64,000 bases of DNA from the NCBI GenBank assembly GCA_963676615.1, contig OY781092.1, positions 896,001 through 960,000 of the forward strand, in the 5' to 3' direction. This stretch comes from Candidatus Cloacimonadota bacterium. GTDB taxonomy: Bacteria; Cloacimonadota; Cloacimonadia; G963667145. The translations under genes and the position numbers were made by a program. Below the pieces are notes generated by a model, which was given only the letters and a program-made list of their open reading frames with translations, had not been told where the DNA came from and made no database searches. This document shows, piece by piece, positions 1 to 10,917 of the stretch. Position 1 is the stretch's first letter; each line of letters begins with the position of its first letter.

Positions 1-2091
1 GGCAATCGTCTCTTTGCTCAAATCTTGCCCAATATCGATTACCTCGAAGCCAGCACCTTTCAAAATCGTGCCGATAATCTGCTTGCCAATCGAGTGAATA
101 TCGCCCTTGACCGTTGCCAACATCAGCTTGCCCTGACCAGTAGATTTTTGCTCATTACCTTCCGTCAGCCGAGAAAAAAGCGGCTCTGCTGTCTGCGAAG
201 CCAACATCAGCTCTGGCAAATAGATTTTTTTCTGCGCAAAAAGTCGCCCAATCTCTCGCATCGCTTGCGCCAAAACATTCTGCGCGACCTCCAACGCCGA
301 CATCTGCTGCAAAGCGTCCTCGACCATCTTATCCGCCAAAGCCTCATCTCCGTGGAGCAGCGCCCCCGTCAAATCGTCCCGCGTCTGGCTCTCGCCCGAC
401 ACAGCTGGCTTCCTGCCTTGCAAATACAACGAGCCGACAATCACATCCTGCAGCTCATTTTTCGCCACCTCCATAATCACCGACGAAAGCCCATTACCCA
501 CAGCTTGCGCCAAAAAAGCCGACTCAATCGCGCCTCTGCCGGGCATTCCAAAACTGATATTCGAAAGTCCACAAGTCGTCTTCAGCCCTCTTTCGTGCAG
601 CTTTTTTATCAGCCGCAAACTATTCTCGGGCAAACTTCCCGTGGCGATGCTATTCAAAAGCGGATCGACCAGCACCCTGCCAGAATCTATCCCCCTTTCT
701 GCCAAAAACTCGACGCCCTGCTCAACAATCTGCAAAGCCTCGTCCACGCTTTTGGGGAACTTCTTATCCATCGCCAGCAGCACCACCATTCCGCCATATC
801 TCTGCAAAATCGCCGCTTTATTCTCCAGCGACTTTGGCGTCACCCGAATCGAATTCAGCAGCGGACGCCCCACATAATAGCGCGCAGCCACCTCCATATT
901 TTTGCTCGCCTGCACATCGATCGAAATCGGCAAACTGTTAATTTTGTCCAAAGCCAACATCGCCTCCCGAAAGTGCTCCTTTTGCAAAATTTTCTCGATT
1001 CCCAAATTCACATCCAAAACATCGGCACCCTCGCGAGCTTGGCTCAGCGACAACTTTTTGACCCTCTCAAAATTGAAAGCGGAAATCTCTTTCTGAAAAT
1101 TTTCGTTGCCCGCAGGATTTATCCGCTCTGCAATCTTCAAAAAAGGCTCAACCTCTGCCAAAGAGCAGCGAGAAGTCAACGCTTGCACGACATTTTCGTC
1201 CGTCAGCTTTGGCTTTTTTCCCGCTGTCAGCTGCTTAATCATAGCGATGTGCCGCGCATCCGTGCCGCAACAACCGCCGATAATCGCAACGCCCAAATCC
1301 ACAAAATCGGCAATATAAGGCGCAAAACTTTCCGGACCGTCCAAATAGACCAAATCGTTGCCCTGCAAAACTGGCTCGCCCGCATTCGGTTCAACGCTCA
1401 GCGGCTTATTCGTAAATCTCTTCAGGCGGCGAACATTCTCCACCATCTGCGCAGGACCCGTCGAGCAGTTCAAGCCCACAACATCGACATCCAAATCTTG
1501 CGCCAAAGCAGCAAAAATGTCAGCTTTGCTCCCCGTTGTGCAAACTCCGTCCGCCTCGAAAGTCATCTTTGCCACCAGCGGCAAATCGGGACAAACACTG
1601 CGAATGCCGACCACAGCCGCCTTAAATTCCGCCAAATCCGAAATCGTCTCCAGCACAAAACCGCTCACACCCAAATCCGCCAAAAGCTCAGCCTGCGCCG
1701 CAAAACTTTGCACCACCTGCTCAAAATCCGCATCTCCAATCGGCTGGATATAATCGCCACACGAGCTGAGGTTGCCAAAAAGCAAACAATTTTTCGCACC
1801 AATAGCCTGCCTGCCAATCTGCACCGCCTGCCGATTTATCTGCTCAAAGCTCCCCTGCAAACCCAGCTTTTTCAGCTTCATCGGATTCGCATTAAAACTG
1901 TTAGTCAGCAAAATATCTGCGCCAGCCTGCACATACTTTTTTTGCAAACTCAGCACCACATCTGGCTTGCTCAAATTCAGCTCGTCCGTGCAATGACCGC
2001 CGTATCCGCTCTTAAAAAACTCCGTGCCATACGCTCCATCCAGCGTTAAAACCCTGCTTTTTATCAACTCCGCAAATTCCGCTCTTTTCAT
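1..2091 (-). CDS. metH: B12-dependent methionine synthase (homocysteine-binding, pterin-binding and B12-binding domains); 3' end runs off the window
   Basis: Hand-translated from ATG at 2091: MKRAEFAELIKSRVLTLDGAYGTEF...AGADILLTNSFNAN (Hcy-methyltransferase N-terminus). Near position 100 it reads ATVKGDIHSIGK (DxHxxG cobalamin motif). Missing from the ORF track because there is no stop inside the window. Confidence 0.92.
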   Translation of the reverse strand, partial: MKRAEFAELIKSRVLTLDGAYGTEFFKSGYGGHCTDELNLSKPDVVLSLQKKYVQAGADILLTNSFNANPMKLKKLGLQGSFEQINRQAVQIGRQAIGAKNCLLFGNLSSCGDYIQPIGDADFEQVVQSFAAQAELLADLGVSGFVLETISDLAEFKAAVVGIRSVCPDLPLVAKMTFEADGVCTTGSKADIFAALAQDLDVDVVGLNCSTGPAQMVENVRRLKRFTNKPLSVEPNAGEPVLQGNDLVYLDGPESFAPYIADFVDLGVAIIGGCCGTDARHIAMIKQLTAGKKPKLTDENVVQALTSRCSLAEVEPFLKIAERINPAGNENFQKEISAFNFERVKKLSLSQAREGADVLDVNLGIEKILQKEHFREAMLALDKINSLPISIDVQASKNMEVAARYYVGRPLLNSIRVTPKSLENKAAILQRYGGMVVLLAMDKKFPKSVDEALQIVEQGVEFLAERGIDSGRVLVDPLLNSIATGSLPENSLRLIKKLHERGLKTTCGLSNISFGMPGRGAIESAFLAQAVGNGLSSVIMEVAKNELQDVIVGSLYLQGRKPAVSGESQTRDDLTGALLHGDEALADKMVEDALQQMSALEVAQNVLAQAMREIGRLFAQKKIYLPELMLASQTAEPLFSRLTEGNEQKSTGQGKLMLATVKGDIHSIGKQIIGTILKGAGFEVIDIGQDLSKETIA

Positions 2092-2116
2092 ATTTCGCCT
2101 TTTCAAAATTATTCAG

Positions 2117-2659
2117 CTATTCCCAAGCAATCAGCGCCACACAAGACTTTCTGGGCAACATCACGCCCGTTTGCTCATCGGCAACCACCTGCGGCAGCGC
2201 CACAAATTTTCGCATAATTTCCACATTCGCCAAAAGGTCAAGCCCCTTGTAGCCTGGGCTAAAGCGTATGGAGCCACTGCCATAGCAACTCCGCAAAACT
2301 CGATCCCACCAGCGCAGCACCTGCTCCACAGACTGCGACGCCCAAGCGTCCAAAAGAAACCCTTTCAAATCTTTGCCCTGCGCAAAATAGCTGGCAATCT
2401 GCTCGTCAATTTTGCTGCCCAAACTCGCCACAAAATAGCTCACCTGCGAGGGTTTATCAAAACTGCTAGGCAAAATCAAATCGCTATCATACGCCAAAGT
2501 TACCGACTTCAAAATCGGCTCAATCAGCTCAAACCCTTTTGCATAAACCCAAGATTTATAGGCAGTTAAACCACTGGAGACATCCTTTTTATACATCCCC
2601 GCTCTGCCCGCAACGCTCTGCCAATCGGGCAACGCCAAATGCTTTGCGACCTCTGCCAA
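2117..2659 (-). CDS. Stand-alone methionine synthase reactivation (AdoMet-binding) domain protein
   Basis: FVASLG..IDE, LLDAWAS..VE, RFSPGY and MLPRKS motifs; lies directly upstream of metH, as in Thermotoga-type split MetH. Confidence 0.8.
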   Translation of the reverse strand: MAEVAKHLALPDWQSVAGRAGMYKKDVSSGLTAYKSWVYAKGFELIEPILKSVTLAYDSDLILPSSFDKPSQVSYFVASLGSKIDEQIASYFAQGKDLKGFLLDAWASQSVEQVLRWWDRVLRSCYGSGSIRFSPGYKGLDLLANVEIMRKFVALPQVVADEQTGVMLPRKSCVALIAWE

Positions 2660-2661
2660 AA

Positions 2662-3615
2662 CTAAAAAACACCCTCAAATCTGCTCAGCAAATCTTCGGT
2701 CAATTTGCTGCTGCCCATCGTAAAAAGATGAACGCCTGGCACTCCAAAATCCAAAAGCTGCTCAATCATTTCGGTCATAAATTTCAGCCCAAAATTCCGC
2801 TCCGCCTCTTTGCTGCCAGCCTCCGCCATTCCTTGCACCAATCTGCTTGGCACATCAAAATAAAAAGCTCTGGGCAAAGTGGCGAGCACCTTTTGCGAAC
2901 CTATCGGCTTTAGCCCTGGAATAATCGGCACATCGATACCCATCTGCCGCACAAGCCGCACAAAATTTTTGAATTTTTCTACATCATAAAACATTTGCGT
3001 GATGATATAATCCGCTCCAGCCTCCAGCTTCTTTTGCAAAAAACGCAAATCGCTCTCCATATTCAGCGCCTCAAAATGCTTCTCGGGATACGCCGCAACT
3101 CCCACACAAAAATCACTACTGGTCGGATTTTTCACAGGCGAAAGATACTCCCCAGCGTTCATCGCCATGATCTGAGCCACCATCTGCTCGGCGTGCGCAA
3201 AGCCGTCCTCTTTTGGCGTAAAAGCTCTGGCGCCCATCTGCGGATCACCACGAATAACATAAAGATTATCGATTTCCAAAAAGTTCAAATCGATCAGCAA
3301 ATCTTCCAGCTCAAACTTGTCGATGCCCCCGCAAATCAGATGCGGAACGGCGTCAACGCCCAATTTTTGCTGAATCGCAGCCGACAGCCCAAAAGTCCCC
3401 GTCCGCCGATTTGTCGCCTCTTTGGCAACGCCCGAAGCGGTCTGCACCAGCTTATACGCCCGCTCGTGGTTGGTCACATTCACAAACTGATAATTAAACT
3501 TCCGCAACCTCTCCAGCGGCGCCAACACCTTCTGCAGCCCGCAACCACGCACTGGCGGCAATACCTCCAGCGACAACAGCGGTTTTTCTCGCTTCAAAGC
3601 CTCTACAACTTTCAT
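2662..3615 (-). CDS. metF: 5,10-methylenetetrahydrofolate reductase
   Basis: SLEVLPP, VPHLIC, VIRGDP, VAAYPEKH, GADYIITQMFYD, GVHLFTM motifs. Confidence 0.95.
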   Translation of the reverse strand: MKVVEALKREKPLLSLEVLPPVRGCGLQKVLAPLERLRKFNYQFVNVTNHERAYKLVQTASGVAKEATNRRTGTFGLSAAIQQKLGVDAVPHLICGGIDKFELEDLLIDLNFLEIDNLYVIRGDPQMGARAFTPKEDGFAHAEQMVAQIMAMNAGEYLSPVKNPTSSDFCVGVAAYPEKHFEALNMESDLRFLQKKLEAGADYIITQMFYDVEKFKNFVRLVRQMGIDVPIIPGLKPIGSQKVLATLPRAFYFDVPSRLVQGMAEAGSKEAERNFGLKFMTEMIEQLLDFGVPGVHLFTMGSSKLTEDLLSRFEGVF

Positions 3616-3642
3616 CTCACCTTCTTAAATTTTTATATCGTT

Positions 3643-4362
3643 TCAACAAAATTTCACTTCAAAATCGGATTTAATCGCATAATTCCCGTCGATGCACGCA
3701 ATAAACCCCAGCACCCTCGGATCCAAGCCCTGCAACACCTCTTCCAAATCGGCACACGAGCTAAGGCGATTCGCATAAGCGGTGGCAAAACAGTCCGCCA
3801 AAACGGGATTTTCTGCCACGACGCAAACTCTGTCGGCTCGCCCCTTGCTGAAACTCGGTCCGAACTTCCCCGACGAAGTTGCCACACCCATTGGCAAGCT
3901 GTCGATAGTTAGACACAAGTCGCTATCTCGCTCGTTCCCAGGCAGATACACACGCATCGGCTGCTGACCAACCAGATACAAATCTCCGCCGTTTTCCACC
4001 AAAATCTCCGAAAACGAAAACCGCTCCAGCAGGCACTTTCCGACCTCTTTGGCAAAAAATCCAGCCACTCCAGCAAGAGGTCCTACGCCCGCTTGCGTTC
4101 CGCACCACTTCAGCTCTTGCACGCCCAAACTATCGCCAGATTTCGCCTCCACAGGCAAAAGCGAGCGCAAACTATCAAAATCGGCGTAACCCTCAAAATC
4201 GCGCCAAAGCTCCTTAATTTTCGCCAGCATCACCCGCTGAACTTCCTGCAAAGACGCCTGTCCACGAAAATACACCTGCAAATCGCTCTGCTTGTAACAA
4301 GCCTGCACACTCTGGCGACTTCCCGCTCCTAACTTCCGATAAATCCGCAGGTTATCGTTCAT
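3643..4362 (-). CDS. UPF0280 / ApbE-like family protein
   Basis: AGVGPLAGVAG, LVENGGD, GVATSSGKFGPSFSKGRAD, LADCFATAYAN motifs. Confidence 0.85.
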   Translation of the reverse strand: MNDNLRIYRKLGAGSRQSVQACYKQSDLQVYFRGQASLQEVQRVMLAKIKELWRDFEGYADFDSLRSLLPVEAKSGDSLGVQELKWCGTQAGVGPLAGVAGFFAKEVGKCLLERFSFSEILVENGGDLYLVGQQPMRVYLPGNERDSDLCLTIDSLPMGVATSSGKFGPSFSKGRADRVCVVAENPVLADCFATAYANRLSSCADLEEVLQGLDPRVLGFIACIDGNYAIKSDFEVKFC

Positions 4363-5515
4363 CTTTCTCGCGCAAAATCAGCGGTTTTTGCACAACTTTA
4401 TCCTCAAAAAATTCCACCGGTTCACTAATCTGAAAAACGCCCTCGGTCAGATTTTTCTTCAAAAGTTCGGCAATCTCCTGCGCTTTGCTCAGGTTGGAAA
4501 AAGTGAAACTCTTCACCCGCTTTCCGCTCACCTCGATCTCGCCGCTAAAAAGTTCCGCATAATTTGTTTTGCACAAAATCGGATGTCCCATCACAGAATA
4601 ATCTCGCACATAAGTGTCTATCTGCTCGTTAGTTATGCTCACATTCGCCGCAATATTTTCGTCGAGCACAGGAATCGGAATGCCGACTCCGATAAACAGG
4701 CTGACCCCGTATTTTTGCAAAATCAGCGGCTTAACAAACCTCGCATCCATCTTTTTCATATCGCCAATCAGCGCCAAATTCGCCGACTGCACCATCGGGA
4801 TGCCGTGCTCGTTCTCCTCTCGCTGATTATCATACTGCGTCCCCTGCCAGCTGACATAGCCTCTGGCGCCTGCCAAAAAAACTCGTGAGCCAACACCAAT
4901 CGTCCGCATCTTCGGGTCGTTCAATAGCGGACTCAGCTCGCCAGCGCTGGAATAACTGGCGTTCCCCAGCTCGGCGTTCAACTTGCCCATATAGGTGTAA
5001 ATGTCTTTGCTGGTTGTATTTACCGCCACGGGATAGTTCTGATAAGCGTTTCGCGGATTGTAAAGATACGCCTGATTTATATCCTCCAGCTTGAAATAGG
5101 TCTTCACTTCTTTGCGTGGATAGCAGTCCGTTCCCTTACCTTGCGCCTCAAGGCAAACGCTCTTGCCAGCTATCAAATCACAAATAACATGCGCGCCGCC
5201 ATAGCCAGGATTGTTCGGATTCTCAGCAGCCGCTCCCAAATATGTGTCCGCAGCCGCCAAACCGCCGTGCGCAGGCACTCCGTTGAGATAAATCTTCTCC
5301 ATCCGTATCGGCAAATCCAAATTCCCAAAATTCAAAAAACAACCCGAAGAACACATCGGCGCAAAAGTCGCCGTGGTCACCACATCCACCTCTTTGCTAA
5401 TCTCCGCTTTCGACTTCGTCTTGCCCAGTCGCGACGCCTCTTGAGCGGTTATCACGACAGCCTTTCCTTCCGCCAATCTCCGTTTAATCTCGCTAACACT
5501 TTTCATTTTCAACAT
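4352..5515 (-). CDS. DUF39/COG1900 homocysteine biosynthesis (sulfur-incorporation) protein, no CBS domains
   Basis: VDVVTTATFAPMCSSG, GTDCYPR, NPRNAYQNY, GELSPLLNDP..RTIGVG motifs of the MA1821/MJ0100 family; first gene of the met operon. Confidence 0.9.
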   Translation of the reverse strand: MLKMKSVSEIKRRLAEGKAVVITAQEASRLGKTKSKAEISKEVDVVTTATFAPMCSSGCFLNFGNLDLPIRMEKIYLNGVPAHGGLAAADTYLGAAAENPNNPGYGGAHVICDLIAGKSVCLEAQGKGTDCYPRKEVKTYFKLEDINQAYLYNPRNAYQNYPVAVNTTSKDIYTYMGKLNAELGNASYSSAGELSPLLNDPKMRTIGVGSRVFLAGARGYVSWQGTQYDNQREENEHGIPMVQSANLALIGDMKKMDARFVKPLILQKYGVSLFIGVGIPIPVLDENIAANVSITNEQIDTYVRDYSVMGHPILCKTNYAELFSGEIEVSGKRVKSFTFSNLSKAQEIAELLKKNLTEGVFQISEPVEFFEDKVVQKPLILREKDER

Positions 5516-5538
5516 CCTATAAATTTAATCTTACCCAC

Positions 5539-5575
5539 AAAAAAAGAGTCCTCAGTTTTGCCCGACGACTCTTTT
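5539..5575 (-). terminator. Attenuator (intrinsic terminator) in the met operon leader
   Basis: Minus strand AAAAGAGTCGTCGG-GCAAAA-CTGAGGACTCTTTTTTT: hairpin plus U7, ending about 24 nt before the first met gene. Confidence 0.8.
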
Positions 5576-5616
5576 CTCTTTAAAAAAAATTTTATCTAAT
5601 GAGGTCAACTCCTTAG

Positions 5617-5709
5617 TTAAAAACGCCATCGAACAACGCTCGGCATGCACATCATACCAGACATTCGCATCATATTTCCGCCAGCAACTTGCTCGATTCT
5701 GTTTTTCAA
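5617..5709 (-). CDS. Met-rich leader peptide (putative attenuator peptide)
   Basis: TTG start at 5709 (GAGG upstream) gives MKNRIEQVAGGNMMRMSGMMCMPSVVRWRF*; alternative ATG start at 5673 gives 18 aa. Six Met and one Cys within 10 codons. Confidence 0.75.
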   Translation of the reverse strand: MKNRIEQVAGGNMMRMSGMMCMPSVVRWRF

Positions 5710-5810
5710 TTATCTAAAACCTCAACTTCCTAAATCTCTTATGCACCACTTGCCAACTTCGCAAATTTATGTCAAATATTTTTTTGCAATAATTCACAAA
5801 AATAGCCAAA

Positions 5811-7760
<1,950 letters not shown>

Positions 7761-8783
7761 TTACAATCGAGAATCGAAATAAGCGTCCAACTCTTTTTTG
7801 ATGCTCTTGCCCAAAAATTTCCGCATCTGATAATACGAAACCTGCTTTGCCCTCTGCGCGCTGAGTCCGCCGTCTCTGCCAACTTTATCGATGCTAAAAA
7901 TCACTTTGTTCTCATCTGTCCGAACGATTTTGACACTCAAATTCCAGCGATAAAATTTGACGCTTTTACTCAAATCCTCTTCCTCAAAAACGATTTTGCC
8001 CTTCACCTGCAAAAGCGGTTTTTTTGTCCCAGTAAAATCGAGATTGGACATAATTCGCTCGATAATATTTTTCACCTCGTCCTGTTTATCATCCGTAATC
8101 TGCACCGCATAAGTTATCTTTTTGCCCAATTTTCTCACTTGACTCGAAAGTTTAGAGTACGAGTAAGTTATCAAACTCATCTGAGCGTCTTTCGGGCTGA
8201 TCACCTGCAACTGATCTAGCAAATCCCGATTGAGCTTCGCATACGCCAAAGCCGCACGATAGCAACTATATTGCGTGATAATATCTTTGCTTTTTTTCGC
8301 CTCGTCAACAAAACTCGTCAAATTGTCCTCGTTATCCGAAATTCGCTGCTCATAAATTTTGCCCGTTTCGTCTCTATCAATAAAAGCCAAAGTGTAAACT
8401 TTGCCGTCGCCATCCACATATTTTCCTGCAAATTTAATGTTCACCAAAGACTGGTTCGAGCTAACCTCAACCGACTTATTTTGCTGCGTGCTTTCCGATT
8501 GCGACAACCCCTTGCTGTCCAAAATTTCAGAATACTTTTGAACAGTGCTACTAACCGCCGAAATATCCGACCTAAATATTTGAGAAATATTGCCCTTAGC
8601 CACTCTTTTGGCGTCCTCATAAGTGTCACCGCTGCCCAAAGCAGAAAGATACTCCGCTTGTGGATAAGCTTTATTTTTGTCCTCCATCCACAAAGGCTTA
8701 TCGCCGCTAGATCCGCCAAACTTGCCACCAGTAGCACACCCAGCAAAAACCAAAATTGCCAAACAAACATTAAAAATTCTCAT
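7761..8783 (-). CDS. LPP20-like lipoprotein
   Basis: Lipobox FAGC; KPLWM...YLSALGSG...AKRVA pattern. Confidence 0.6.
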   Translation of the reverse strand: MRIFNVCLAILVFAGCATGGKFGGSSGDKPLWMEDKNKAYPQAEYLSALGSGDTYEDAKRVAKGNISQIFRSDISAVSSTVQKYSEILDSKGLSQSESTQQNKSVEVSSNQSLVNIKFAGKYVDGDGKVYTLAFIDRDETGKIYEQRISDNEDNLTSFVDEAKKSKDIITQYSCYRAALAYAKLNRDLLDQLQVISPKDAQMSLITYSYSKLSSQVRKLGKKITYAVQITDDKQDEVKNIIERIMSNLDFTGTKKPLLQVKGKIVFEEEDLSKSVKFYRWNLSVKIVRTDENKVIFSIDKVGRDGGLSAQRAKQVSYYQMRKFLGKSIKKELDAYFDSRL

Positions 8784-8801
8784 CTTTATTTTCTCCCTTT
8801 T

Positions 8802-10193
8802 CTATTTTACACAATACGATTGATAAAAATTCAGCAAGCCGTAGCCAACTTTCCTCTTCCCTAAATCGTCTTTTTTCAACAACTTACCGTTTTCGCCATA
8901 ATAGTTTACGCTCCAGCAATACTCCCCTGGAGCAAGATAGACATCCGTGATGTAACCTTTGGACGGCAAATATCTGGCAGCGCGCAAATCGGCGTTCTCG
9001 GTGGCATTCAAACCCGCATCGAGAGCCAAACCGCCCAGCATCACAAAAATATTGTTCTGCCCATATTTATCTTTAGCGACTTTTTTGGCAGCCTCTCCTG
9101 CGATACCTTTGGCAATCGCTCTGGTGATGCTTTTTATCAACAACCGATTATACCCCAGCTCAAAAACGCTTTGCACCACTTTATCAAAATCTTCCATCAG
9201 CGCCAAATCTGCCCGAGCGACCTGATTTCTTGCAGAATCGACAGCCACTACTTCCACCTTTTTCACCTGCGAGGGTCTGCTCACCAAATACGGCAACTGA
9301 AACTTGAAATTGTAGCCCCCAGCAAGACCTGGATAAGCGTAGGTGTTGACGCCCTGCAAACCGAACTGCCCCTGCTTACCAGTTTTGGAACTCGCCACAA
9401 TCACCACTCCGGGCTGCGTATTGATATACAAAGTTTTCGCCTGCTTGAGCATCCCAAGACCGACAAGGCTCACCAAACTCACAGCCACTTTTCCGCTCTT
9501 TGCTCCATCTAGCTTCGGCTTTGGAAAATCGTAAATCGACTTCTGCAGCGCAAACGCCTTATCTATTTTTTGCATATCGATCGCCGCATCGTCCATCTTG
9601 CCCAGCGATTCATACAGCCGCATACTCAAATATCTGCCCAGCGCATCGTTATAAAACTTGTTGCCCGGCGCCTCTATCTTGATTTTGCTATCGCCGCTTT
9701 TGTTGTAAGCCCTATCCAACTTGGCGTTTTTGTCCTCCAGCACCGACAGCTTGTGGTTCAGCCGATTTATCTCCACAAAAACATCGTCCACCAGCCCCAG
9801 CTTCATATAATTAAACGCCTTTATCAAATTTATGTAAAGATCTTCGTAATCCTCGCCCGCATAATCCAGCGCATTATCGTTCAACAAATACGACAGCGCC
9901 GCCTTGGAAACGCTTTTGGTGTAAAGCTCATCGATATACGCCTCCGCTTTGCTCAGCGCCTGATTGCTCTGCCGATATTTTCCCGCATAATGATAAATCA
10001 TCCCCAAATCCAGATAATACAACACTCGATCCTTTTTGTTGTAGCCCTTTTTGCTCTTCAGCTCCCGTTCTGCCGCATCAAAATCCGCCGACTCAAGGCT
10101 CTTGTCGATATTTGCATAATGCGAAAGATTGGTTGCAGTAGCACCACAACCAATCGTAAAAATTAAAACAAAAACTGCGAAAAATCTTACCAT
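8802..10193 (-). CDS. COG3014-like TPR lipoprotein
   Basis: Lipobox IGC; LYYLDLGM, NDNALDYAGEDYE, ADLRAARYLP motifs. Confidence 0.7.
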   Translation of the reverse strand: MVRFFAVFVLIFTIGCGATATNLSHYANIDKSLESADFDAAERELKSKKGYNKKDRVLYYLDLGMIYHYAGKYRQSNQALSKAEAYIDELYTKSVSKAALSYLLNDNALDYAGEDYEDLYINLIKAFNYMKLGLVDDVFVEINRLNHKLSVLEDKNAKLDRAYNKSGDSKIKIEAPGNKFYNDALGRYLSMRLYESLGKMDDAAIDMQKIDKAFALQKSIYDFPKPKLDGAKSGKVAVSLVSLVGLGMLKQAKTLYINTQPGVVIVASSKTGKQGQFGLQGVNTYAYPGLAGGYNFKFQLPYLVSRPSQVKKVEVVAVDSARNQVARADLALMEDFDKVVQSVFELGYNRLLIKSITRAIAKGIAGEAAKKVAKDKYGQNNIFVMLGGLALDAGLNATENADLRAARYLPSKGYITDVYLAPGEYCWSVNYYGENGKLLKKDDLGKRKVGYGLLNFYQSYCVK

Positions 10194-10789
10194 GAATGTG
10201 AATCTTTTCCGATAAGTTTCTTGATCTTTTTATCTCCAATCCACACAATCTGGTTCGTCTCGATGTTGATTAACTGCAAATCGATTTGATAAAATTTCGC
10301 CTGCTGACCATCATACTCGTCCAAAATCACGCTGATGTCGCCAGTGAGCATAAAATCGGCTCCCGTTTCTGCTGCAAGCCGTTTTGCCGTCTCCATCGAC
10401 GCATGCGACTGCTGCTGTGTCCGCTCATCACGCACCTGACCGCGCTCTGCCGAGCTCGCCACGAACTTAACTTTGCCCGAATTTATCAAAGCTTTTTGCA
10501 TATCTTTGACAAAAGTCATCGTGTTGATATGCTCGGTGGAATTTTTAAGGCCGATACCGCCGACAATAACCACGGGCTTTTGCCCATCGTGCGCTTGTTT
10601 AAAATCCGCAAGCCACGGCGCCGACAAACTTTGCTCAATCAAAGAACTGGCAGTCATCCTCGAATCCGTATCGTTCCACCTGCCGCTAAAATCTGTCTGT
10701 TTGTCCGCAGACACCCGCGAAACCTCTCTCGAAGCACATCCAAACAACAAAACGACCCCCAAAATTGAAATCAGAATTTTTTTCATCAT
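10187..10789 (-). CDS. LpoB/CsgG-like lipoprotein
   Basis: Lipobox LFGC; DFSGRWNDTD, GADFMLTGDI, YQIDLQLINIETNQIVW motifs. Confidence 0.75.
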   Translation of the reverse strand: MMKKILISILGVVLLFGCASREVSRVSADKQTDFSGRWNDTDSRMTASSLIEQSLSAPWLADFKQAHDGQKPVVIVGGIGLKNSTEHINTMTFVKDMQKALINSGKVKFVASSAERGQVRDERTQQQSHASMETAKRLAAETGADFMLTGDISVILDEYDGQQAKFYQIDLQLINIETNQIVWIGDKKIKKLIGKDSHSW

Positions 10790-10917
10790 CTCTCCTATAA
10801 TTTACAAAATTTTGTCCATTTCTATTAAGTTTTTGTTTTATGTCAAACTTTTTGTTCGCTTTCTCAAAAGCAAAATTCAAGCAGCAAACCAGCTGAAAAA
10901 AATCGCCCGCAAAGCCT

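Noticed and set aside
25..2049. 674-aa plus-strand ORF
   Set aside because: Antisense shadow, in register with metH on the minus strand; no recognisable motifs.
5520..5800. SAM-I riboswitch or T-box upstream of the met operon
   Set aside because: No AUCxAGAG...GCAACC...GUGC core and no T-box GGUGGxACC found by eye; the leader-peptide model explains the region better. An Rfam scan is still advisable.
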